Origin: Felis catus
Taxonomy: Eukaryota
NCBI RefSeq assembly: GCF_018350175.1
Contig: NC_058368.1
Location: forward strand, 160,954,001-161,018,000
Reading direction: 5' to 3'
Length of the DNA stretch: 64,000 bases
Both the position numbers and the translations under genes were made by a program. Shown here piece by piece: positions 38,920 through 51,964 of this stretch. A model generated the notes under the pieces. It was not told the DNA's origin, made no database searches, and was given only the letters and a program-made list of their open reading frames with translations. How positions within the stretch are numbered: position 1 is the stretch's first letter; every line of letters begins with the position of its first letter.

Positions 38920-39690
38920 ACTATGAGCCGGAATCACTAGAAAAAATAAATTTAACAGATACTAAGGGTAGCAACTATGGGATATAAAGTAACAACACTT
39001 AACATTTCCAAAGAAACAAAAGAGGGAAAATAATTAGAAGTTCAATGAATGTGGTAAACAATGGGCTAGATACAGAAGACTATAAAATGAACTGACTGAA
39101 AGATGGTTTTGCTGAATGTGAGACAAGAAGACATCAAATTTGACAGAGATGGTTATGAAACATTAAAAATACAATGAGATGTCTTAAGGAATGTTTGATT
39201 TCTTAAAAGATGTAGTATTTTACAGAGAAGAGATAACCCAGCATATTCCAATCATGCTATAAGGCACAGCAAATCCATATCCAGACATATTATTGTGAAA
39301 TTTTGGAATATTGGAGATTAAGGAAGGCTCTAAATAGTAGCTTGGCAGAAATGGCTTCTTCAAAAATACGTTTTAAGACAGAAGTCTTGGGGCGCCTGGG
39401 TGGCGCAGTCGGTTAAGCGTCCGACTTCAGCCAGGTCACGATCTCGCCGTCCGGGAGTTCGAGCCCCGCGTCAGGCTCTGGGCTGATGGCTCGGAGCCTG
39501 GAGCCTGTTTCCGATTCTGTGTCTCCCTCTCTCTCTGCCCCTCCCCCGTTCATGCTCTGTCTCTCTCTGCCCCCAAAATAAATAAACATTGAAAAAAAAA
39601 TAAAATAAATGTTGCTTTATATAAAAAAAAAAAAAAGACAGAAGTCTTCACATAAGCAAATACCTAGACTTTCAAATTAAAAGATTCCTA
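38920..39690 (+). mobile_element. Ancient L1 ORF1/HAL1-like relic, interrupted by a SINE
   Basis: A-rich; AAATCCATATCCAGACATATTATTGTGAAATTT resembles the ORF1 'PRHIIVK' region. Confidence 0.5.
39389..39634 (+). mobile_element. Young SINEC_Fc with extended tail
   Basis: Canonical CpG-rich copy; perfect TSD AAGACAGAAGTCTT at 39375-39388 and 39635-39648. Confidence 0.97.
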
Positions 39691-39714
39691 TTAGAGCAAT
39701 AGTTGAAGTATGTT

Positions 39715-39800
39715 GAAGAAGAAGAAGAAGAAGAAAAAGCAGCAGCAGCAGACGACAATGACAAGGAGGAAGAGAAATCGCCATTATCATCATCATTATC
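39715..39800. repeat. Compound triplet tract (GAA)n(GCA)n...(TCA)n
   Basis: Direct reading. Confidence 0.85.
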
Positions 39801-39877
39801 TAAGGATTTAAGGTGCAAGAAGAACAATGTGCACAAAAAAGTAAACACACACTTGAGTGTACTGGGTACATGTATAC

Positions 39878-39907
<30 letters not shown>
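39878..39907. repeat. (CA)n microsatellite
   Basis: Direct reading. Confidence 0.95.
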
Positions 39908-39910
<3 letters not shown>

Positions 39911-40955
39911 CCCAGAAAAATAGTGTTTTGGAGATAAAAAAAGAAACCATGATTCTTAAATACTTTCAAGAATAAATAAAAATGCTATGAGGCTCAGTTC
40001 ATTGCCTAATATTGCACTCCTTTTATATTCAGCATAAATCAGTAAGTCAGAAAGACAAGGAAATTTGAGATAAGGTTCACAAGGACTTTATTGTATTTTA
40101 TTTTAGAAATGACCAAAATTCTCATAATTCCTTCATTATGTGGAATAGATAGTATTTTTCCAGATAGTTCCCAAACTATCTAAAAGTTTGAGTAGAGAAT
40201 TAAATTATCTGAAAGATTTTTTGCATTTCAAATACTTGAATTCAGAAATTCACAACTCAGTTATTCAAGAACCATGCTTAGCATAATGTAGGAATAATAA
40301 TCTTAGGGCCCGAATAAGGTTTACTGAGCTAACTGTAACATAGATGAAGTAATAAAACACAGCTTTACAAATGTGAAGTTCATCTATGATTATATAGTAA
40401 CAACCACGTCTCCTAATGAAGGTACCATAAGGAAAATTCGTTACATTTTCAAATAATTATAGAGAACATAAAATGTTATAAAATTCTGACATTTAAAAAA
40501 TTGATAAGCACTAATTTAAATACTGATTATAAATCTCTTTAAAGAAGATTTTGGCATAAAATTTTAGCTCTTTTAAAAACATTCTTCTAGAATTATTTTA
40601 AGAGCCCATAATCATTTCATTCTGATGAAGCACAAAGAATAATTAATGCATGTTCAGCTGTACAAAAATTCAGAATAAATTGTGTATTATATTCACAAAA
40701 ACTACCAGTATCCCAAAATAATGTTATTTTAAACAAGTAAAAGCTCTGTTATAGTCCTGTTCTTTTCTCTAAAAATAATTCTTATGAAGCAATTGGTAAG
40801 AATACCAGGAGGAGTGACTTCCACAGTATAATATACTTACAAATTGCCTTAAAAGCTTTTAAAGAATTAAAAGATTCTTACCAAGACGTTTATAGTCTAG
40901 TGTGATCAACAGAATATCAACCCTAAATTATAGGACAGAGTGATTGTCATAGAAG

Positions 40956-41082
40956 ACTTTATTAAGGTATAATTGACATATGAAAAATTGCACAATTAAA
41001 TGTATATATCTTGATCAATCTGAACGTTTATGCATACACCCATGATATCATCATAACAATTAAGGTGCTAAACATATTCTCC
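40956..41082 (-). mobile_element. Old L1 (L1MA/MB-like) 3'-terminal fragment
   Basis: CTTTATTAAGGTATAATTGACATA...TGCACA...ATACACCCATGA. Confidence 0.7.
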
Positions 41083-41832
41083 AACACACTTCTTAATGGA
41101 AAAAAAACAAAGAAGGCACGTTAAAAGACTTATTGAAGATAGCATTCAATTCAAAGTGGGTAAAGGCACTTTTGACCTTTGTCTCCTTAGCCATTATTTT
41201 GTGTTATGAGTTTCCCATCCAAAAATAAGGATTGCATATTAAAGGAGAAGTTTAATAAACCTGGGAGAATTAGTGGGAAAAAATCCAGTTTTTTGGAAGA
41301 TATGGTTTAGTTGTTTTTTATTGGTGAAAAAGACCCTAAAAAGTGTTCAGATTTCGGATTTAGTTTTTTGTGACTGCATAAAACGCATAGCATAGTTAGG
41401 ACAATGGATCAGAAGACGCAAGTCAAAAGTGTTTCTACCCAATTTAACATTGTATGGTTGTCATTACCCTAAACCTTAAATGCGTATTCTTTACTTTTTT
41501 CCAATTAAATTGTGTTTTTACATAAATTAAACCTTTAATGAAATCAGTTAGCAGTACCTCCCTTTCCTCTGACACTTGCCAAGATCCCGTAGGGCTTACC
41601 CTCTCTCTGTCTCCAACAGTCATCTAAAGGATGGCTACTAACACAATATGCCTTTGTGGATACACCCCAAACCGTGGCTCTTCTTTCAGCACATTTTCCA
41701 AGTCCTTTTACTTTGTCTCTTCCACAGCCAGTGCTGTGATGCTCCAGAGTTCAGACCTGTTACCAACAAGTTCTAATTCAGATAGGATATTCCCCTCCCG
41801 TGTAAATCCCAGTTGATATGATTTGCGTGGGT

Positions 41833-42069
41833 ATTTTTTAATGTTTTTATTTATTTTTGAGGGAGATTGACAGAGAGAGAGACAGACAGACAAACAAACA
41901 GAGTATGAGTGGGGGAGGGGCAAAGAGAGAGGGAGGCACAGAATCTGAAGCAGGCTTCAGGCTCTGAGATGTCAGCAAAGAGCCCGATGCAGGGCTCGAA
42001 CTCGTGAACAGAGAGATCATGACCTGAGCTGAAGTCGGACGCTTAACGTACTGAGCCACCCAGGAGCCC
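41833..42069 (-). mobile_element. Feline CanSINE
   Basis: Canonical reverse complement with (GACA)n expansion. Confidence 0.94.
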
Positions 42070-42744
42070 TTGATCTGTGTTTTCTTTATGAAGGCCTTGT
42101 CAGCCTCTCCTCTGTTATATCTGTTCTAAACTAATTCTTTGAAAGGGTTTAAGTTTAGAAATTTACTCTCTGGTTTCTTCACCCATTCACTACATGTTCT
42201 TTAAAGTTTGTGATAGTTTCTGCACTCCAGTTGTGTGGAAAGCATGGGAAATAAGTGATGCTATCTGCTCCTCTTGTTGACATTTGCCTTTCACAAAAAT
42301 GTGGTCGTCATTTCTCTGTGGGAGCCAAGAAGTGATAAAATGAACTTTTTGAAGGGTCCCTGCCAGTTATCATTTAAATTGCTCCACATTTTAGTGTTGT
42401 ATAATGGTATTCTTCTAACATAATTTACTTTGTTCCTCTATCCTTTTATTTCCTATACTCTAGAAGTTAGATCTGTGTTTTAAAAGAAATAAATCATACA
42501 TGAGCCTGTGTACTTTATTCTCATCATAACATAGGTGAATAAAGTGTCCCATTATTAAAAGAGCCAGTTGCATTTACACAGATGAAGACAGATATCTTCA
42601 CAGTAATGATTTTTTTCCTTTGCAATTAGCAACTAATAGGAAGAAAAAAAATTAATCAGCAATGTAAAATGTAACTTTGAGTATCTGAAAAGTTTATGTG
42701 AATATATATAAAAAAATAAACCTTTCAAATGCTGTTATTGTTTA

Positions 42745-42950
42745 TTTTTTAAGTTTATTTATTTACTTTCAGAGAGACAGAGAAAGAGAGAGAGAGAGAG
42801 CAGGGGAGGGGCAATAGAGAGAATCCCAAGCAGGCTCCATGCTATCAGTGCAGAACCAGATGCCGGGCTCGACCTCACAAACCATGAGATCATGACCTGA
42901 GCCGAAATCAAGAGTTGGATGCTTAATCAACTAAGCCACCCAGGTACCCC
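42745..42950 (-). mobile_element. Older CanSINE
   Basis: TSD TCAAATGCTGT(T/C)A(T/C)TGTT. Confidence 0.94.
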
Positions 42951-43082
42951 TCAAATGCTGTCACTGTTAACTCTTGGAAAACAAGGAAGGAAGGAAAAAT
43001 AAAGGTCACATTTCAGCAAAATCTAACAATTTTTCTATTAAATATATTTGTTAAAATGCCAATCAATATTTTTGGATCTTTT

Positions 43083-44002
43083 GAAAGATGGCGGAGTAGG
43101 AGGACGCTGGGCTCAACGCGCATCCTGCTGATCACTTAGATTCCACCTACACCTGCCTAACTAACCCAGAAAACCACCAGAAGACTAGCAGAACGAAGTC
43201 TCCGGAGTCAAGCGCAGACGAGAGGCCCACAGAAGAGGGTAGGAAGGGCAGTGAAGCGGTGTGCGCTGCACAGACTGGCAGGAGGGAGCCAGGGTGGAAG
43301 GGCAGCCACCCGGCCAAGCAGAGCCCCGAGTCTGGCTTGCAAAAGCAGAGGGGCCAACAGAGTGTGTTCCGACCGCAAGCGGGACTTAGAATCTGGGAGG
43401 TCATAGTTAACAGCTCTGCTCAGAAAGCAGGAAGGCTAGAGGACAAAGGGAGGGAGAGTTGCTGAGCCCCCGGAGGACAGAGCTCAGTTTGGCAGGGAAC
43501 AAAGGCGCTCACCAGCGCCATCTCCCTCACCCATCCCCCAGCCAAAATCCCAAAGGGAACCAGTCCCTGCCAGGGAACTTGCTTGCTCCTCGCAAACACC
43601 CAATGCTGTGCTTCTGCGGAGGAGCCACCCCTCCAGCAGTGGGTCTGAATCCCTCCCGCTGCCACAGGGCCCCTCCTGAAGTGGATCACCTAAGGAGAAG
43701 CAAGCTAAGCCTGCCCCTCCTGCACCCGTGCACCTTGCCTACCCACCCCAGCTAATATGCCAGATCCCCAGCACCACAATCCTGGCAGTGTGCAAGTAGC
43801 CCAAACGGGCCACGCCACCCCACAGTGAATCCTGCCCCTAGGAGAGGGGAAGAGAAGGCACCCACCAGTCTGACTGTGGCCCCAGCAGTGTGCTGGGGGC
43901 AGACATCAGGTCTGACTGCGGCTCTGCCCACCAACTCCAGTTATACATCACAGCACAGGGGAAGGGCCCTGCAGGTCTGCATCACTCCAGGGGCTATCCA
44001 AA
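43083..44002 (+). promoter_or_regulatory. L1 5'UTR internal promoter
   Basis: GC-rich ~900 bp upstream of ORF1; AAGATGGCG (YY1-type motif) at the 5' end. Confidence 0.8.
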
Positions 44003-44894
44003 ATGACCAAACGGAAGAATTCCCCTCAAAAGATTCTCCAGGAAATAACAACAGCCAATGAACTGATCAAAAAGGATTTAAATAATATAACAGAAAGTGA
44101 ATTTAGAATAATAGTCACAAAATTAATCGCTGGGCTTGAAAACAGTATGGAGGACAGCAGAGAATCTCTTGCTACAGAGATCAAGGGACTAAGCAACAGT
44201 CACGAGGAGCTGAAAAGCGCTTTAAACGAAATGCAAAATAATATGGAAACGACGACAGCTCAGATTGAAGAGGCAGAGGAGAGAATAGGTGAACTAGAAG
44301 ATAAAGTTATGGAAAAAGAGGAAGCTGAGAGAAAGAGAGATAAAAAAATCCAGGAGTATGAGGGGAAAATTAGAGAACTAAGTGATACACTAAAAAGAAA
44401 TAATATACGCATAATTGGTATCCCAGAGGAGGAAGAAGGAGGGAAAGGTGCTGAAGGTATACTTGAAGAAATAGTAGGTGAGAACTTCCCTGAACTGGGG
44501 AAGGAAAAAGGCATTGAAATCCAAGAGGCACAGAGAACTCCCTTCAGACGTAACTTGAATCGATCTTCTGCACGAGATATCATAGTCAAACTGGCAAAAT
44601 ACAAGGATAAAGAGAAAATTCTGAAAGCAGCAAGGGATAAACATGCCCTAACTTATAAAGGGAGACCTATAAGACTCCTGACTGATCTCTCTTTTGAAAC
44701 TTGGCAGGCCAGAAAGAATTGGCACGAGATCTTCAATGTGTTTAACAAACATAATGCAGCCGAGAATCCTTTATCCAGCAAGTCTGTCATTTAGAATAGA
44801 AGGAGAGATAAAGGTCTTCCCAAACAAACAAAAACTGAAGGAATTTGTCACCACTAAACCAGCCCTACAGGAGATCCTAAGGGGGACCCTGTGA
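44003..44894 (+). pseudogene. L1 ORF1 (RNA-binding protein), one frameshift near 44750
   Basis: Coiled coil followed by KRNNIRIIGIPE and ARDIIVKL; the C-terminal QPRILYPASLSF...PALQEIL is in another frame. Confidence 0.93.
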
Positions 44895-44944
44895 GACAAA
44901 GTCCCAGAGACATCACTACAAGCATAAAACATACAGACATCACA

Positions 44945-47900
44945 ATGACTCTAAACCCGTATCTTTCTATAATAACACTGAATGTAAATGGATTAAATGC
45001 GCCAACCAAAAGACATAGGGTATCAGAATGGATAAAAAAACAAGACCCATCTATTTGCTGTCTACAAGAGACTCATTTTAGACCTGAGGACACCTTTAGA
45101 TTGAGAGTGAGGGGATGGAGAACTATTTATCATGCGACTGGAAGCCAAAAGAAAGCTGGAGTAGCCATACTTATATCAGACAAACTAGACTTTAAATTAA
45201 GGCTGTAACAAGAGATGAAGAAGGGCATTATATAATAATTACGGGGTCTATCCATCAGGAAGAGCTAACAATTATAAATGTCTATGCGTCGAATACCAGA
45301 GCCCCCAAATATATAAAACAATTACTCACAAACATAAGCAACCTTATTGATAAGAATGTGGTAATTGCACAGGACTTTAACACTCCACTTACAGAAATGG
45401 ATAGATCATCTAGACACAAGGTCAATAAAGAAACAAGGGCCCTGAATGACACATTGGATCAGATGGACTTGACAGATATATTTAGAATTCTGCATCCCAA
45501 AGCAACAGAATATACTTTCTTCTTGAGTGCACATGGAACTTCTCCAAGATAGATCATATACTGGGTCACAAAACAGCCCTTCATAAGTATACAAGAATTG
45601 AAATCATACCATGCATACTTTCAGACCACAATGCTATGAAGCTTGAAATCAACCACAGGAAAAAGTCTGGGAACCTCCAAAAGCATGGAGGTTAAAGAAC
45701 ACCCTACTAAAGAATGAGTGGGTCAACCAGGCAATTAGAGAAGATATTAAGAAATATATGGAAATAAACAAAAATGAAAATACAACATCCAAACGCTTTG
45801 GGACGCAGCGAAGGCAGTCCTGAGAGGAAAATACATTGCAATCCAGGCCTATCTCAAGAAACAAGAAAAATCTCAAATACAAAATCTAACAGCACACCTA
45901 AAAGAACTAGAAGCAGAACAGCAAAGGCAGCCTAAACCCAGCAGAAGAAGAGAAATAATAAAGATCAGAGCAGAAATAAACAATATAGAATCTAAAAAAC
46001 TGTAGAGCAGATCAATGAAACCAAGAGTTGGTTTTTTTAAAAAATAAACAAAATTGATAAACCTCTAGCCAGGCTTCTCAAAAAGAAAAGGGAGATGACC
46101 CAAACAGATAAAATCATGAATGAAAATGGAATTATTACAACCAAACCCTCAGAGATACAAGCAATTATCAGGGAATACTATGAAAAATTATATGCCAACA
46201 AATTGGACAATCTGGAAGAAATGGAAAAATTCCTGAACATCCACACTCTTCCAAAACTCAATCAGGAGGAAATAGAAACCTTGAACAGACCCATAACCAG
46301 TGAAGAAATTGAATCGGTTATCAAAAATCTCCCAACAAATAAGAGTCCAGGACCAGATGGCTTCCCAGGGGAGTTCTACCAGACGTTTAAAGCAGACATA
46401 ATACCTATCCTTCTCAAACTATTCCAAGAAATAGAAGGGGAAGGAAAACTTCCAGACTCATTCTATGAAGCCAGTATTACTTTGATTCCTAAACCAGACA
46501 GAGACCCAGTAAAAAAAAGAGAACTACAGGCCAATATCCCTGATGAATATGGATGCAAAAATTCTCAATAAGATACTAGCAAATCGAATTCAACGGCATA
46601 TAAAAAGAATTATTCACCATGATCAAGTGGGATTCATTCCTGGGATGCAGGGCTCATTCAACATTCACAAATCAATCAACGTGATACATGACATGAATAA
46701 AAGAAAAGAGAAGAACCATATGATCCTGTCATTCGATGCAGAAAAGGCCTTTGACAAAATCCAGCACCCTTTCTTAACAAAAACCCTTGAGAAAGTCGGG
46801 ATAGAAGGAACATACTTAAACATCATAAAAGCCATTTATGAAAAACCCACAGCTCACATCATCCTCAATGGGGAAAAACTGAGAGCTTTTTCCCTGAGAT
46901 CAGGAACACGACAGGGGTGCCCACTCTCACCGCTGCTGTTTAACATAGTGTTGGAAGTTCTAGCATCAGCAATCAGACAACAAAAGGAAATCAAAGCATC
47001 CAAATTGGCAAAGATGAAGTCAAGCTTTCGCTTTTTGCAGATGACATGACATTATACATTGAAAATCTGATAGACTCCACCAAAAGTCTGCCAGAACTGA
47101 TACGTGAATTCAGCAAAGTTGCAGGATACAAAATCAATGTACAGAAATCAGTTGCATTCTTATACACTAACAATGAAGCAACAGAAAGACAAATAAAGAA
47201 ACTGATCCCATTACAATTGCACCAAGAAGCATAAAATACCTAGGAATAAATCTAACCAAAGATGTAAAAGATCTGTATGCTGAAAACTATAGAAAGCTTA
47301 TGAAGGTAAGTGAAGAAGATTTAAAGAAATGGAAAGACATTCCCTGCCCATGGATTGGAAGAATATTGTCAAAATGTCAATTGTACCCAAAGCTATCTAC
47401 ACATTCAATGCAATCCCAATCAAAATTGCACCAGCATTCTTCTCGAAACTAGAACAAGCAATCCTAAAATTCATATGGAACCACAAAAGGCCCCGAATAG
47501 CCAAAGGAATTTTGAAGAAGAAGACCAAAGCAGGAGGCATCACAATCCCAGACTTTAGCCTCTACTACAAAGCTGTCATCATCAAGACAGCATGGTATTG
47601 GCACAAAAACAGACACATAGACCAATGGAATAGAATAGAAACCCCAGAACTAGACCCACAAACGTATGGCCAACTCATCTTTGACAAAGCAGGAAAGAAC
47701 ATCCAATGGAAAAAAGACAGCCTCTTTAACAAATGGTGCTGGGAGAACTGGACAGCAACATGCAGAAGGTTGAAACTAGACCACTTTCTCACACCATTCA
47801 CAAAAATAAACTCAAAATGGATAAAGGACCTGAATGTGAGACAGGAAACCATCAAAACCCTACAGGAGAAAACAGGAAAAGACCTCTCTGACCTCAGCCG

Positions 47901-48763
47901 TAGCATTTCTTACTCAGCACATCTTCAAAGGCAAGGGAATTAAAAGCAAAAATGAACTACTGGGACCTTATGAAGATAAAAAGCTTCTGCACAGCAAAGG
48001 AAACAACCAACAAAACTAAAAGGCAACCAATGGAAAGGGAAAAGATATTTGCAAATGACATATCGGACAAAGGGCTAGTATCCAAAATCTATAAAGATCT
48101 CACCAAAGTCCACACCGGAAAAACAAATAACCCAGTGAAGAAATGGGCAGAAAACATGAATAGACACTTCTCTAAAGAAGACATCTGGATGGCCAACAGT
48201 CACATGAAAAGATGCTCAACGTCGCTCCTTATCAGGGAAATACAAATCAAAACCACACTCAGGTATCACCTCACACCAGTCAGAGTGGCCAAAATGAACA
48301 AATCAGGAGACTATAGATGCTGGAGAGGATGTGGAGAAACGGGAACCCTCTTGCACTGTTGGTGGGAATGCAAACTGGTGCAGCCACTCTGGAAAACAGT
48401 GTGGAGGTTCCTCAGAAAATTAAAAATAGACCTACCCTATGACCCAGCAATAGCACTGCTAGGAATTTACCCAAGGGATACAGGAGTATGCAAGTGATGC
48501 ATAGGGGCACTTGTACCCCAATGTTTATAGCAGCACTCTCAACAATAGCCAACTTATGGAAAGAGCCTAAATGTCCATCAACTGATGAATGGATAAAGAA
48601 ATTGTGGTTTATATACACAATGGAGTACTACATGGCAATGAGAAAGAACGAAATATGGCCCTGTGTAGCAACGTGGATGGAACTGGAGAGTGTGATGCTA
48701 AGTGAAATAAGCCATACAGAGAAAGACAGATACCACATGTTTTCACTCTTAGGTGGATCCTGA
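44945..48763 (+). pseudogene. L1 ORF2 (endonuclease/reverse transcriptase), multiple frameshifts
   Basis: [51 protein letters not shown] (FADDM) and [19 protein letters not shown] are spread over at least 7 ORF pieces. Confidence 0.95.
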
Positions 48764-49049
48764 GAAACTTAACAGAAACCCATGGGGGAGGGGAAGGAAA
48801 AAAAAAAGAGGTTAGAGTGGGAGAGAGCCAAAGCATAAGCGACTGTTAAAAACTGAGAACAAACTGAGGGTTGATGGGGGGTGGGAGGGAGGAGAGGGTG
48901 GGTGATGGGTATTGAGGAGGGCACCTTTTGGGATGAGCACTGCGTGTTGTATGGAAACCAATTTGACAATAAATTTCATATATTGAAAAAAATAAAATAA
49001 AATAATATCTAAAAAAATAAAAGAGCATATTTTTATCTCTGAATTTCAA

Positions 49050-49088
<39 letters not shown>

Positions 49089-49478
49089 ATATAAAATGCC
49101 AATCAAATAAAATGCTTGAAATATTACCTGAAAATCACTTAGGTCATCTCACCTGTTTGTCATAATTTAAGTAGAAAGGTACTAATTAGTGTCCCAACAC
49201 AATTTTTTGCTGAGAACTCATCATATTAATTTTTTTTATTGCACTGACAAAGTAAATATGCTGAATATTTTGGAAGACAAACTATAAAATTAGTATTGCA
49301 CAAAAGAAAGTAATTTATTAGAGAAAATATAAGTGATAATCCTATGAAAAAGAATTAATAATGCTTACTCATGATGAGAAAAGTATAACAAGGTCTGAGC
49401 AACTCAGTAAGACAACCTACAAGCTAGAAATAATATTTGATTATATTTGATAAAAATAGGTCTAAGAATTGACATAAT

Positions 49479-49696
49479 TAAAAAATTTTTTTTCAACGTT
49501 TATTTATTTTTGGGACAGAGAGAGACAGAGCATGAACAGGGGAGGGGCAGAGAGAGAGGGAGACACAGAATTGGAAACAGCCTCCAGGCTCTGAGCCATC
49601 AGCCCAGAGCCTGACGCTGGGCTCGAACTCACGGACCGCGAGACGTGACCTGGCTGAAGTCGGACGCTTAACCGACTGCGCCAACCAGGTGCCCCA
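49479..49696 (-). mobile_element. Young SINEC_Fc
   Basis: TSD AAGAATTGA(C/T)ATAATT at 49464-49478 and 49697-49711. Confidence 0.96.
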
Positions 49697-49894
49697 AGAA
49701 TTGATATAATTTTAAAAAGCAAAAGCCTAATAACAATGATCAGAAAAAATCAACATACCAATATTTTTAACATTTTGACTGGTCTTTAAAATAGTTAGAT
49801 CCTGGGAAAAGAACAAAGGGAACAAAACCAATTAGGGAGTATACACCTAGAAGTGTTTGCCCTCTCTCCTTCTCTCTCTCTTTTTGTTCATCAG

Positions 49895-49912
49895 GACCAC
49901 TGGGAGTCACAG
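49895..49912 (+). other. Candidate 18-nt microexon (unverified)
   Basis: About 30-nt pyrimidine tract, then CAG|GACCACTGGGAGTCACAG|GTAAGT. Confidence 0.35.
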
Positions 49913-49989
49913 GTAAGTAAATGAATTGGAACTGAAAGAAGGGAGATTTCTGCTGGGAGAGGAAGCATAAGGAAGGTCATAGATATCTT

Positions 49990-50235
49990 CTTGAAGCTAT
50001 CAGTTATGAATAGTTAGATTTGCATGAAGGCACAAGTCTAACTCAGATGATCTCAAAGGACCCTTTCAAGGTCTTTGATTCAATTACACACGTGCCATTC
50101 CATAATGGAAGATTACAGGATTTAGAGTAAAAGACTGAAATTTGTGTCCCAACTGTACCTCTGACTGCTAAAATATTAGGAATAAATCATTTAGTCTCTC
50201 TGCGTTGCCATTCCTCAAAGATACAGTTGACATGC
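49990..50235 (+). mobile_element. L3/MIR3-like 3' end followed by a MIR relic
   Basis: CAGATGATCTCAAAGGACCCTTTCAAG..TGATTC; AAATCATTTAGTCTCTCTG. Confidence 0.45.
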
Positions 50236-51284
50236 TCTTCATAAACCCCAGATTTCAATACAGTATATATTATACATATGCATATATACTTGAAATTATG
50301 ATAGGAACTCTATTTATTTGAATGTAGGTATAAATAAATAGATATCTTTTAAATTACTATATTACTAGTTAATAATTCAATACATAATGCATCCATACAG
50401 TATAATTTTATGTTTGTTACCTTTTCCTTTTGTTTAAAATGTTTCTGGGAAAATTTTTACAGATTACAATGTGTTGAGATGAATCTATACTGCTCTATAC
50501 TTAAAGTACCGATTTAAAACCTGTATTTTACCTATATGAACTATTTAGAATTTTCTTCACACTCAATTGACTGAACAATTGACAAATTTCATTTGGTAAT
50601 AGACTTAATAAATCAGAGAAGTCATGTATTAATGTGCCATCCACAAGTGATCTTGAGAGTTTATTCTGTTGCATGGCAATTCTGATGATGAATGTATTAT
50701 GTTGAAGTGACATTACTTTTCTCCTCCTAATTAAATTGCTACTTTATTCTTCAATTGTAATGCAAAATAAATATAACATTAAGTTTGGCAAAAAGGAAGA
50801 AAATAAGTATGGAGAGAAAAAAGTAAATATTTTTATTAATAATGTCTTATTCCACTTTAGTTTCAGAAACAGCTTATGTTAATTTGTCTCAACAATTCTT
50901 CATGTTCTATTTCTGCATTCATGTTACACAGACCTCTTAATATTTATGATTGATGTTGTGTTTTCCCCTATTTACTGTGGAAACTGATAACGTGATCATG
51001 AATGTGAATTAGAATCACCCAAGAGCAAAATAACAATAGTGATCATAATAATCAATAGTTTCTAAGTGCTATAATAAAAATTGTTCTTCTAAACTGCAAT
51101 CTGGGCTCTATAAATTATACTGAATATTAAATAGTTAAAAATTAAACCATCACCACTGTCTCTAATATCTGATGTACTATTTCAATATAAGTGTTACTGT
51201 TTGCCTAATGGGAAAATAAATTTGTGTGATCATAATAAAACAATATTAGTAAGGTAATAAAGAAAAACCCTTCTGTATAACTGC

Positions 51285-51291
51285 CTCTCTT

Positions 51292-51359
<68 letters not shown>
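51285..51359. repeat. Compound (CT)n(CA)n microsatellite
   Basis: Direct reading. Confidence 0.96.
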
Positions 51360-51361
<2 letters not shown>

Positions 51362-51964
51362 CACACCAACACAGTAAACACACTTCCTAAACTATGAGAA
51401 GAAAGACACATTGCAGTTACAATGAGAACCATCAAGCAAGTAGCCAGAATTTTACCAAATATGAAGGGTGGGGGATATTCTTTGATAACATAATTAATAA
51501 AAGCTATCCAATGTTAACTCATAAGAAAGTGCAAAAAAAAAAAAAAATCCAGGCTAGGAACAAGGGCCTAAAGAAGGGGACTGATTGAGAACCGATTTAA
51601 AAGTTTAAGCCAAGAACAAAAGGTAGCGTTGGAAAGAGGATCAACAGAGTGTGTAAGAAATTAAGTTTGCTTTATATTAGGAGAGGCCCTTTTCTTGCAT
51701 TAATGAGTTATCAAGGAGAAAATAAAGTGTCAGAGACATGAGAGTTTGCAGTGCACAAATATGCTCAAAAGAAGTGAAAAGCATAGTAAAATGCATCTAG
51801 CTCTGTCTCTAACATATAAGATAATTATATCTACATTATGTCAGTATTTCACTTTCTGGAATGGTTCTTCTAAATTTCTAATATATATGAGATAGTCATG
51901 CAGCAGAAGTGGAAATCAGTCAGAAATATTTGCACTGAAAACTGACATTTATTTTTCATTCGTT

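Larger units (their letters stand above)
43067..49092 (+). mobile_element. Full-length (~6 kb) feline LINE-1, inactive
   Basis: GC-rich 5'UTR starting GAAAGATGGCGGAGTAGGAGG, ORF1, ORF2, 3'UTR with G-rich tract, A tail; perfect 14-bp TSD AAAATGCCAATCAA at 43053-43066 and 49093-49106 at a TT/AAAA site. Confidence 0.98.

Noticed and set aside
39672..39975. ORFs with poly-E/A/S and HT repeats
   Set aside because: These come from triplet and (CA)n simple repeats; no splice signals or domain.
43147..44061. Sense and antisense ORFs in the L1 5'UTR as an ORF0 analogue
   Set aside because: ORFs of 60-100 aa are expected in GC-rich sequence, most have non-ATG starts, and ORF0 is described for primate L1. 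There is no supporting evidence here.
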